NCBI GenBank assembly: GCA_040954595.2
Contig: CM082578.2
Span: 13,298,304-13,362,303 of the forward strand
DNA length: 64,000 bases
From: Balanoglossus misakiensis
Lineage: Eukaryota > Animalia > Hemichordata
Direction: 5' to 3'
The notes beneath the pieces are model-generated. The model was given only the letters and a program-made list of their open reading frames with translations, was not told where the DNA came from and did no database searches. Position numbers and translations under genes: made by a program. Shown here piece by piece: positions 52,436 through 64,000 of the stretch. Position 1 is the stretch's first letter. Each line of letters starts with the position of its first letter.

Positions 52436-55400
52436 TGTTGCTATTTGCACTGCCTATTCTCGATATTCGCAAAGCGAATTGCAATCAACAGCGATGAACA
52501 CGTTTTGGATAGAATTCGTCCACAATGGCGAGATCAGTTCAACCGAAACCGCTGACGGAAAATCTGAAGCTATATATATATATATATCAATGGTAAGCTT
52601 TGTTTACTACCTGTGTCAGGCGTATTTTTATCTCGCTGGGATAAACATGCAGTCTCACGAGACCTAGTATAGAGTTAACGAGGTGTGTTCAAGCACCCAT
52701 GTCAATTCAAATATCCTGGGCTGCTTCAGACCGGACAGTAATCAGCTAAATTGGGAAATAACTTAACGTCTAAATAAAGAAAAGAAAACAAGAAAAACAA
52801 ACATGAGGCAAAGTGAACAGGTGGTTGGTTCGGGTATACCACGTACTTTGGGGAATATTACAAAGATTCACTTTTTTTCGTTGCAGCAAAGCATTTTACC
52901 ATGGATGACTCGGCAAAATTTGAATGAGCAAAATCAAAAATGAATGAGCGGGAGTACAGTTTTTATCATATTACGGACAGATTTTTCAAGACAAAGGTTA
53001 CAAGTTGAATAGAATACTAGTATTACCTGTGTATTAACTTGAGGAAACCTCTCTATTATAATCGGAGTTATCAATTGTGCTTACGGGCAGTTTTGTGATT
53101 GTCGGACTAATTTCCATTTAAAACAAGTAGATGGAGACAGATTGCTCGAATATGTCCTGTCGAATTTTCCACAGGCAAACGACGTAGTTCATAGCTGACT
53201 TAGATGGAAAACGAGGTGGACAAACGCCTGCATCCCGGGCGACGTTGAAGGAATCGTTCACGATCACTGAACTTATCCATTCTTTAACAAACACATGTGA
53301 ATGAAGTCTCAGTGGACAAAACCTTTAGTTCATATGTCTCCCGGCAGATGAACTGGAGTATTGACTGATAAATCTGACGGTTTTTTTCAGTTTTGTTCCT
53401 CATAATCCAAGCTTTAATTTTCTACCATCAAAAACCTTCGTTATTGAAGATTAAAAATGCAAAGTTTAACAATATACCTTTTCAGGGTGACGTTGCTTTT
53501 ATTTGGTCTATAAGCTTATTAGACACAGCTTTCAGAAACATCGAGAACCCTTGATACTAATTTGTAAATTAGGGGTAGTTGCATTACTTTAAAGTATCTA
53601 TGTCACGCCTAAAACAACAGCCTGCGCCTGTACATCACTCCTTAGGTCAAAATAGTTTATTGTCTGTCACTGCGTATCGCCCGCCATAGGCGTGTATTCC
53701 TAAACCTAAAACCAATTTAGGCGATTTTTCGTCTTTTCTAATTAAGTCATGGTTCACCTGACGTTCACGACGTCCATATGTACAGTATATGACAGTCGCG
53801 CAACCATATATACCGCCAATGTGTGCTAGTATGTGCCCACGTTCTCATGAACGTCCATGTTTCCCAATCATAAGAAAGACCACGGAACGACATCAGAGGA
53901 ATGACATCAGAGTGGGAAAAAAATATCAATCAGTTGCCTTCATCAGTCCCCGTATGGACTTGTAAATTGGGTTCGTTCCGCGCGGAACTGCCACCACTCG
54001 AAATATCCGTTCGAACCATTACAGTTAACTTTGCGTATAACCTGATTTGGTAAACCTGATTTGGTACCTGTAAATGGGAATGGAAGTAGAATTAAATGAC
54101 TTTTGACCTTTGTGGCTGTCACACGTACACCGCCTAATACAGTAATTTAAAATTAAATTTCGTTTGATCCGTGCGTTTACCTAGAACGAAATTAGTGATA
54201 GCAGCAAATTTTCCAGAATCTTTCATAAACGACGATTATTTTGTACCGCAGTACTTGTGACGTTCGTTCCCATTGTCTCCAGTGGGTAATGTACGTTTGA
54301 CCATTATTTGGCTGAAGAATACGATCTTCTTACAATGACTCGGATTATTTTCAAAGCAGTTTCTATAACCTGAGGGGGAAGATTCATCTTAGTCAATGAC
54401 GCAAAACATCATGACATGGGGCCACTCTAAACCACGTGCGCCATATGGCGAAGGATGATCAATAAACACTACTGATGCTCGAAAAAGGATTGAAACACAT
54501 CCCGCACCTCTTAAGGAGTTTGAAAGTGTTTAAGTATTTCGAATATGACCTGCTGGGAAGCAGATTACTTTAAGGATGGATCATGCCACACTAGATCCTT
54601 TAACTTTGGTGCATCCACTGGTGAACTACAGGTATTGCACAAAAATTACACTGTGGTGCTCTGGCTAGATGGATATGCTGAAAACACATGGTCAAGTCTA
54701 CGTTTCAGGTAGTCTAGAATCCAGGCTTGTGTGCTTTTTTCGCTGTGTGGAGCATAGCTATAAAACACACACGCGCTTCTGGATTCTACATATAGACTAC
54801 GTTTCAGGCGAATGCCTCCTCATATTATTTTATGAATCAAAGAAATAAGAGTTGTTAATGTTTCTAGAGGAATGTTTTCTGCTGTGTTACAGGTAACGCT
54901 TTACAGCAATATTGATTCTGAATCCAGAAAGCTTGGCGGCAGTTCCGCTTTTTGCACCTGTGTCCTTTGATCCCAGTTCCATTTACGTTGCTGAAAACAG
55001 TATTGCCCCAAAACGATATTCAGCACCTTGGAGCGGCGACAGATTGATGTATCTAATGGCACATCATGTTTCGCCGCGTTGAAATCATGATCCAGACTTC
55101 GCAAGACGTGAAAGCTTTGCAGTATCAACCATGGTCTGCCAGATGCAGGGCAGGCTGTTATCAGATCGAGTTACCTGCCAATGTTAAAGCTGTGCTTATC
55201 TCTGAATCGAATCTAGCCGGTGTACTTCCTGCTGAGATATCATCTGTTATCGCCTGTGGTCAAACTGCACGTTTATGTAAAAGCGTTGCCACATGAGTGC
55301 AGTCTTATTTTTCTGTAGTAAATACGGATTGAACTAAATTTAGTAGACAAGTATTGATTCGAAATGGCCTGACCTTACCAGGCCTTTGTATGCGTTGCTT

Positions 55401-56853
55401 GCATATTAATGGAGTTATCAATATCAATTTCTTTTCTGATTATTGTAGTCTATGCTGAGCAGGCAAGACTCCATGTATGCATACATAGAGAATCACTGTG
55501 CCAGTTTGGGCGAAACTTACTGCGGATATCAATCTCACGAGAGGTTAGGATTGGTAATATGCGCGTCACGCGCACCATCATATATGCAACAAGGAGAATG
55601 AATCATTTACTGATGATTTGCATATTTAATGAACTTTAGAATTAGTATATATTTCTGAAACTACAATACCAAATTGGATGAAACATGCTATAGGTATCGC
55701 AAAAGACATCTGAATATAATGTGGAATACTTACTGGTGTCATCATAATTAACTACAATCTGCAATTAGCTTTAGAACTCAAACATGACAAACCTATTTCC
55801 AAAATACATGTAACCCTCATATCTGATATTCAAATTGACTGAAACTAAACTGGTTTGGCGCCCCCAGTGTCATTTAGCGCATTTAAAAGTTTGCAGTACA
55901 GAAAGCAAGTTGTCAACGGGTTCGCTGCATGTATACTTCATTGTCAGTCTCTGAACACTGTAATGTCATAGAGATTGAGAGACAATTCCCCCGACACGAT
56001 TCTAACGGTACGAGGAGTGTAACGAGATATCCCATATTTTTATATGTGTTTGTTTCATCGTCAGTCTTCCCTCCACATTTCATTTAATGTTGCCGTGGAA
56101 AGACTCCATCGCTCGTGAATCATCGAATGCCTATCTCCGGAGAGTTATAACGTCTACCATTGCATTAGGTATATGGTTCGAGTCATCTAAAAACGGGAAT
56201 GTTTTTTAGATTACAATTCCTCAAGCGAATAAAACATCCCATGCCCCCCCCCCCCCTCCCAGCCACTGTTCTCCTTGGGTTCCCAAGAAAACAGGTCGGA
56301 TAACTAATTAAATTTGCATAATTGGTCCACCTGTCATTTTATATCCACGGGGTCCGGATGAGTGCAACTTTTGTGATCATTGCCTGAGCATGTTTTCAAT
56401 GTTGTCGCTTAAGCAATTTTAGAATAGTATGTTTGACGCGACGCAACAGCCACTATTAGGTTGATAGTGTATGGACATTACATCGGCCGTTTCATACATA
56501 TTGTGAAACATATTACTTTCCTGTACTGTCTCCGAATGTATTAAATTACAATAAAATATTTAGTAACTTAATACAAACCTTACAGGAATAATTATATAGG
56601 AGATATGATATGAATCTTCAAAGCTTAAGCTATCAACTTATAATATTCACAACATATCCTCTTTATATTTCACATGAGCTATCAATCCTTCAAAAATGTT
56701 TAAAGAGAGCTTTTACTGAATTATGAGGATTTCTTTCCTCTCTGGGTATAGCGTTTTAATCTGTCTCTAATTCTTCATGACAAGTGCCATTGGATATTTT
56801 ATAAATTCATGGCGTTCTTGTAAATATTTGAAGAATGGAACACGAGAAACACG

Positions 56854-57010
56854 TTAAGGTAGTACGCACCCCGGGGACATATTATCTTCCAAACTTTCTA
56901 ATTTTTCCGCTATCTTTCTTACCTAAAAATAAATTTGTTACTTTTTCTCAATAGAATTAACACAGATATTGTGATTGGCGGCCATTTTGAATTTCAAATT
57001 TGGAACTATT
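56854..57010 (+). mobile_element. Probable non-autonomous DNA-transposon fragment (TTAA-GG terminus, Kolobok-like)
   Basis: TTAAGGTAGTACGCACC start and internal GGCGGCCATTTTGAATTTCAAA. The right TIR was not found. Confidence 0.3.
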
Positions 57011-57923
57011 TTGCACAGTAACATTTTCCATGTTTCATGAAAAACCCAAACTCATCAGGTGCAACTGAACTAACCCATATGTTACACATGACTTGTGATA
57101 ATTAGTGATTTATGAATCCCCAGGGTGGCTTGACTCTCTGCTGCACTTCGTGTCTGCGAACTCCAGTGCAGAAAATCTCTCGGGCATTATTTAGATAAGG
57201 AGCACGCCGAGCCAGACTTGGAATATAACAGTTTAGCTATATTCAGAGACAGGCCCAGTCGCCCATGCGCACTTAGTTGCATTCGAAATCCGCAGAGACA
57301 CTTCAATGTTTGATTAACTTGCTTCCACCAAAATGATGTCCATGCGTCAAGTGGAAAATCCAAGTCCCATTTTTTTAGACGAAGCAATTAATTGTTATTA
57401 GTCTGAAATCTTAATCTTCTGTAAGCATGGAATGAAGATTCTATATGAACTGTCACGTTCATCGTGATGCAATTATGCAGTCACTTGTGAATATGCTGGG
57501 GAATATTGTGGATGTAAAAGGAGCTATAGTTTTGTTGAAATAGGACAGAGACCATCTCTTCAGTGAACCGATTATTAAATTACACGTCAATCATAATATA
57601 TTGCATTTTCCCAAGTGGCCAGTCTTCTGTCCACGACATGAATGCACTGCCACTTCACGTTAGTTTAATCCAGTTCAGCCCCCTCAAGAAATCTCAATGT
57701 GTAAGAATGTTTTTTTGAAGAATAATACATAATCTTAATGACAGTCGTCTCTCGAACGTTGTACGTAGAGAAAATGAAAATGACTACGCCGTCTTATTTT
57801 TTAATTTATGTCTTTCCAGTCTGTTGGTCACCCGCCACCGGGCTTTGGTATCCAACACCAAATTATATAAAGACACGTGGTGCAATATTCTTGTTGAGGT
57901 TTACATGACTGCAGACTTGGGGC

Positions 57924-57999
57924 CTGGACTTGAGTGGACGAATGGCTAGAATTTTCAGTAACTGGACTTGAGTGGACGAATGGCTAGAATTTTCAGTAA
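57924..57999 (+). repeat. Perfect 38-bp tandem duplication
   Basis: ctggacttgagtggacgaatggctagaattttcagtaa, two copies. Confidence 0.95.
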
Positions 58000-60074
58000 T
58001 ACATGGAACATTTTAAATGTGAATTCACCCACGGTAACCAGTAAGTAATGTTGATACGCATGATGAAGAGAGGCACCTCTGTCCAAAATTGAGATCACAT
58101 CATTACTTCTTGACTACTTCTCTACTGGAGAGAGCCAGGAAGGGTGACAACGAGCATAGATTGAGTCATGAAATGCTTATGTGTGACAGTAATAAAGTGT
58201 AAATTATGAATACTAAGGTGCAACAGTCAATTATTCACACAAATACTTTATTCTGACCATATTACAGTGACAACTCCATACATGTAACTACACCCCATTG
58301 AGAAATGACATTTAGAATACTAATGAAAACGAGGCCGGTTGATTACTATACTGTGACGTAAATAATGACTAAACTTATGTCATAATGTTCAAAGGTTGTC
58401 TTTAAAAAGTCTATGATAGAGACTGAGACATTTCAGGGTCTGATAACCCTGTTCACAAGTAATGAAGTTATGATTGTCAAATATTTACATTGCTCTTGTT
58501 TTGCCAGGAACATCACTGCATTTTGCAGATTTCTGTTAATCGCTTCCAATTTGAAGTGAAACTCATTGATATACATTGTAATGTGATAATAGTTGATACG
58601 GAAAGTGATTATAAGTGGTAAAAATTTCTATATTACATACTATCGTTATTTATGTATACCCGAATTATAACACAGGCTATTAAACATTCCAATCGTACAG
58701 TTAGTGAAACATTATCGAAACTTTATGGTTAATTGCGGTGAAATCGTTGTATTGTGCACTTTTCCAAAAAACTGATTATATACAAAGGCGTCATTTTCAG
58801 TGTAGTAATTGATTCTATTTTTGGCAATCGTGGTGTACCAAAACTCACAGCTATTTGGGAATGAAAAAGTTGGCACAACAATAACACGGAAATAATAAAC
58901 GTCAATTACATTGCAGAAAAGGATAAATATGTTCCTATCACAAAGTTTTACAATTCTGTTTGACTATCAAGACCCTTCTATATATCAATATTAAGGCGGA
59001 AGGTTTGCACTATTGTATATCAGTTCTCTGACACCTTTAAAGACACAGTCGCGAAAAAGGTTCACAATAAAGAATTGAAAGTTTAGACCCAAGTATTAGA
59101 AAACCTCAGTAACAAAACACATTCACATACATGTAGTTACATGAAATCACTGCTGATATGAGATTTTTTTTTGAAAATATTATATGTATATTTCTAATGT
59201 GTTCCTGCAACACAAAGGCTAAAGGTGCAGTATTGAATACATGTAATCAATCTACATGGCCCTTCATTCGCTATCAATCAACCAAATTCAAAAATCCAGA
59301 AACATAAATTACCCTTGGAAAGTATGTTCTGTCTGACTATATGGTAGTCTGCTGCTAGTTTCCTCTACTTCTTCATTTAGCAGCCAATTTCTTCATCACA
59401 TGTTAATTGTTCCATTATGTTGACGTTCACCATAAACACAGACACTTGACATTTCAAATTGCACTGGAGTTATGCTGTTTTTGGTTTGATTCTATACCTT
59501 GTTCGATTGAGTGCAGGATCCGTTGAATTAAAGTTCAATCCAATCAAGCACACATATTACAGAGATTGGATTCACCTGCAAAATAAACCAGAGTTGAGCC
59601 ATTACATGGAGCAATTTACATTGACAACCTTTTGAAACTGATAACAGGGTTAGATTTTATTTTTGCAAAGAAAAAGTAGTGATGGTAAAAAAATCACCAG
59701 AGGCAAAACTCCTCAATATTATGCAGTTCAGTTTTTTACCCTGTTTCAATTTATTTCTTGGATCTGTTGATTAGAAGTGTATCACTTGCGTACAATACCT
59801 TCAAAAATCAATTTCTGAAGTTAACTGAAGAAAATATAATTTCATTTCCCAATGTGTTATTCCTTCAATGACATGAAGTAAAAAGCCTTGATCAAGCGCT
59901 CCGGAAAGTTATGAGATACCATCCATATGTGTATCATGGTTTTAGGGGAAACTGAAAAGATATTTAGACTTTGTACACTTTCTCATCTAGACAGTGCAAA
60001 AGCTACGGCCATGATTTTTCCTTAACAAGGTAATCTGAAACCCTGTTTAGTATAAATCTCTCATGCTAGGCACA

Positions 60075-60653
60075 TCACTCAAACACAACGTAGTCTGGAA
60101 AGACAAATGACTTAGGCCTAATGACCATCGTCTTAAAATCGTCGGTTGTCCTTCTTTTAAACTGACTAATCCTTTCTCTCGCAGAGCGGCTGTGATAAAT
60201 GGTCTTAAAGTTCAAATATCCAAATTTGTACCAAGACGCAACATATACTATCACTGTTTTTGAGTTCTGTAAGTAGAATTGCTGAATCTCGCACAAGACT
60301 TTAAATCTGAATATACAAGAAAGTGTCTATATTGTGTACTCAATTATTCCCCCATTCCTTGCATCATTGCATGTGATGTACTATCTTTATAGGTCAACCG
60401 TTTTGAATGGTGACTAGTTCTTGTAGACAAAACTTACAATACTTTAAAAGATGTGCCGGTGATCATCCCTGAGTCGGAATCCTTGTCACCCTGCGGTATC
60501 TCCTGCAATTGTTCGAGACTCGATTCCATAGATGAGCTATATGGGGCCGAGCGTTGGGAAGGCGGGTACTTTTTCCAGGCTACTATGCAACCAGTTAGGT
60601 AGACAGCTACTACCAGTACGCCAATCACAGTCACAACCGCAATGCCTGCAGTC
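60075..60653 (-). CDS. Putative small single-pass membrane protein, partial (exons 60653-60438 and 60306-60075; upstream exon uncertain, perhaps ~60944-60892)
   Basis: Acceptor cttatag, TM segment AGIAVVTVIGVLVVAVYLTGCIVAW followed by KK, GTAAGT donor in phase with the next open exon. No recognised family. Confidence 0.35.
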
Positions 60654-63600
60654 CTATAAGACAAAACATCAACTGAATTACATAGGTATTACTATCATTA
60701 TAATATCATTGTAATAAACAGTCGACCATCAAACCCAAATGAAACACAGCATTAACTAATGAATTAGTTAATAAATGGTTCCATCCATCCATCTATCTGG
60801 ATGAGAGGTCTCAGAGAAGACATTTGTTGACGGACAACGAGCAGACAGAAGACGGATGACATTGACAATCAACCTCTCGACCTCGCACACAGATGTTGGC
60901 CTTGCTTTGTTGACAGAGGAGCAAGGAATGACGTCATTTCTTCATTCGGTCTTTCTCAGTCTTGGTGCATGACACGTGTTAAGCATGTGTAGCACAGCTG
61001 GTGTAAAAGCAGTGTTTCAAAAAAAATTCCTGCATTATACAATACTCTTGGAATGATGCTCCCTAATTTTAGTCGACTCTTTTTGTTAAAGATCACGTTC
61101 CTGACAATTCTGCTGTAAACGTGATGAATGGACCTGTACTGAGTTTAAAGTTCCTGTGTGTGTGGATTATTTTTTGTATATATCACGGAAACAGGACAAG
61201 TGCACTGTGGATATATCTATATCGTTCACAAGACTTCTCCACTAGCAACTCAGACTGCAGATCGTGTACTGACTTCAGATTGGCATACATCACCATCAAA
61301 TGGATGTGAGTTATGTGCGAGTGAGACTTATCTCAAAGTTCTTTCCGTCAGCATTAATGATATGTCTTTGATCAATATCTTTTTCCACTGATTTGTATGA
61401 ATCCCGCACACAGCAAATCAATCACAGTGCAATTTTTTATGAACGACTCTGCAGTTATCAAATTATGTATTCAAGATTGCTCTAGAATGCAATTTGGAAT
61501 CCACTGAAATCGCGAATTAAACTTAATAGAAAATGGAGGAATTCCTTTGACTACGCCACCAAAGAAGAATGGCTCCACGACTTGATTGTTACTGATTTTA
61601 CCTTTGCATGACTAAGTTAGCCTTTCCGTGATACAAGACTACATTGGCCAAGAACAATTGTGCAAAAATGTGTCAAAAATGGGCATTTACAAATAGATGA
61701 TCACTCATACTATTAAAATTGAAAGGGGCATTTAAGTTGTACATCTTTGGGAGCAGTATGTTGAGCTCAATGCCATCTGTGGCATATCAACCAATGTTAA
61801 ACAATGACCTTCATTTAAAAGATTGGTGATGGGATAATCATGCGACCTTCAATGATGACAATTCTCATATTAATACAGATTGAGCGCAAGGAAGTCTGGT
61901 GAGAGATTCGTATGTGGAAATTGACATGTCTGCTTCATTTCCTTCCAAAGATAATTTTCAGGCAATGCACTTTAACACGCATTAAAGTAGTTGCAAAAGT
62001 GACAGACGTTGTACCTCAAAGAAACTATTATACTAACAAAATTATTAGACAGTTGCGTGCATTGGTTGCCAGCAGATTTAAAGCTGGCGAAAACAGAGAA
62101 GCACACATGCTTTAAATTTCTGCTAATACCGGTACACTTTGTTTACTTCTATTGGTCGAAAGATGATATCGATGAATTGTTGAAGTAAATCTGGAAGGCC
62201 ATATACGGAAACACGTGGGCAACTGACGTACAATCCCTGCTAAACGTTAATCCGTGTCATGTCCTGGAAACGGGGATTATGTCATTCAAAAGGATATTAT
62301 TCCATGGTAACTGATGGTTTCTAAAAAAAATGTTCGTCAAATACTATTGTATTTCATTTTCTTTCAAGAATCTGAAAATAGAACATTCGCCAAATGTGAT
62401 CAAATTGAGACAAGACTCATATATCTAAAAATCTGTCTGACCTTTTAAATGGAGGCCAACAGTAAACCTAAAATAATCCTCATAAGAAAATGAGACACAA
62501 TTTGCTGGAAAGGAGAGTTTTACATACACAGCTGATCCCAATTAACACCAATCTAAACTAATTCATTACCTTGTAACAAAAACTACCAAAAAGTTGATCT
62601 TAATTTAAATTTAGACTAGCTCTCTGTCACATAAGTAAACATTGCAAGTTTAATCATGATAAAAGGGATTAGTTTATGCAATTGTTTTTTGTTGGGAGCT
62701 ACTCATGTTTGCGTGCCCATGTGTGTGTTCGTGTCATCAACCAAATTTGGTGGACATGTTATGTGTTGGAATGGTAAACTCTGTAGCCGCTTTGTCCTAA
62801 TTGACCTCAAGTAGGTCCGACCAAATGCCAAGGCCATATCTGTTCTGGGTGTTGAGATATGGGAAAGAAGGTCAAGGGTCACACAAATGTCACCCAGAAT
62901 ATTGACAAAACAGTTTGTTCCATGCTGGTCCATGTTCAACGAAAACACACTTCTAGTCATGTGGGCAATTAATGATAGGTGGCAGAGAGAGAGGGGGAGT
63001 AGGACAGAGATAGACAGACATACAGACTGAGAACTTAGAAAAGCAGGATTTATGACAATAAATCAAGTTTAAAATAAATAAAAATGCACTATTTAATGTC
63101 ATTCTGTACTAAAATGTTAGAGAAAACCTTATGATATTATGTCTCTGCCAAACTTCAAATTTATCAAAAAACTTTCATTCATTTCAAACTTCATATTACC
63201 ATTCAGTTTAATATTGTATGTCGTTGACTTGTGTGTGATATCAATGACAAGTATCAATGTAGCTGTGTTGTCTTAAACAAACTAACCAGTGTCCATTTAT
63301 TTATTCATTTATTTCTTTATTTATTTAAAGCAACCGCTTTACTCAAATGAGTTATATTCTTCGGGGCTCACATAACGTCTTCATATTAAAGAAGAGATGA
63401 ACGTATTGTTGAAATGATGAAGAATTTAATAGTGTAAATCAATTACGAGGAAATAACCTGTAAGTTCAGGGAATGACATTTCCTGTCGTTATTCTGTGAT
63501 TTTAATGACATCGTGGGCTGAGGAGAAGTCATCATATACGAATGCGGGTTTCACATGTCAGTGGGGCATTCTGAACCCAGGTCAATTATTGAACCACTGG

Positions 63601-64000
63601 TAAAGAACACATGCCGCCTAAGACATTAGTGAAGTAACGTTCTGCCTGAAGCAAACAAATGAATTCAAAGTTATGACTTTTCAACAGTCTCTGCAGCACA
63701 CCGCTTGCCTCCTTTTAAAATCTTACTTAGCAGGTTTCCATTACAGTTCGTGTTTCATCGTCAAGGAGAGATCACAGTGCGCAAACGGTGAACTATCATG
63801 CTTCGAAACAAATAACTCATGTTACTGGAGCAATTTTACTTTGTTGGCGATCAATCAGATTTATGTGCTGGCATTATTTGAATTTTTCAGGTGCAAATGT
63901 GTCCTTGTCAACATCAATGATTTTGCGGTTATAATTAATTGATAGAGTCGTGACGAGTGTACAGAAAAACCACTCCACAACTAATGAGTAAGCCACAACA

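Noticed and set aside
48432-57060. CTGATGAG hammerhead or C/D-box-like cores at ~48434(+) and ~57057(-)
   Set aside because: No stem II pairing before GAAA and no closing stems.
62287-62298. Second ATATCCTTTT U12-like donor on the minus strand
   Set aside because: No supported exon or matching branch site plus AC was found.
62703-62960. 85-aa minus-strand ORF
   Set aside because: Contains TGACCCTTGACCT and ACCAAATTTGG motifs typical of interspersed repeats, next to microsatellites; no protein-like features.
1-64000. CRISPR arrays, tRNA/rRNA genes, transposase or reverse transcriptase ORFs
   Set aside because: None seen; the window is eukaryotic and the only exact tandem repeats are microsatellites and short duplications (57924-57999, ~54039-54066).

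Overview
Intron-rich, AT-rich animal genomic DNA, most consistent with an invertebrate deuterostome such as a hemichordate (taxon is inference). Gene models were rebuilt by hand from splice sites and phase checks. In order: the 5' end of APEH, MRPL42, a two-exon ~710-aa gene resembling vertebrate INKA/FAM212, GNS, two tandem ABHD14A-like hydrolases, WNK kinase, NEDD1, ATP5F1C (the only plus-strand gene), an SLC16 transporter, and a poorly supported small membrane-protein gene. Top leads: (1) the INKA-like gene, supported by its N-terminal helix, a degenerate Inka box and its position next to APEH; (2) a clear U12-type AT-AC intron in NEDD1; (3) a G-U-rich nested hairpin between WNK and NEDD1; (4) a candidate cassette/poison microexon in the WNK activation-loop intron. 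Several MITE-like repeats and CTCF-like motifs are also present. All homology calls come from recalled sequences, not database searches.
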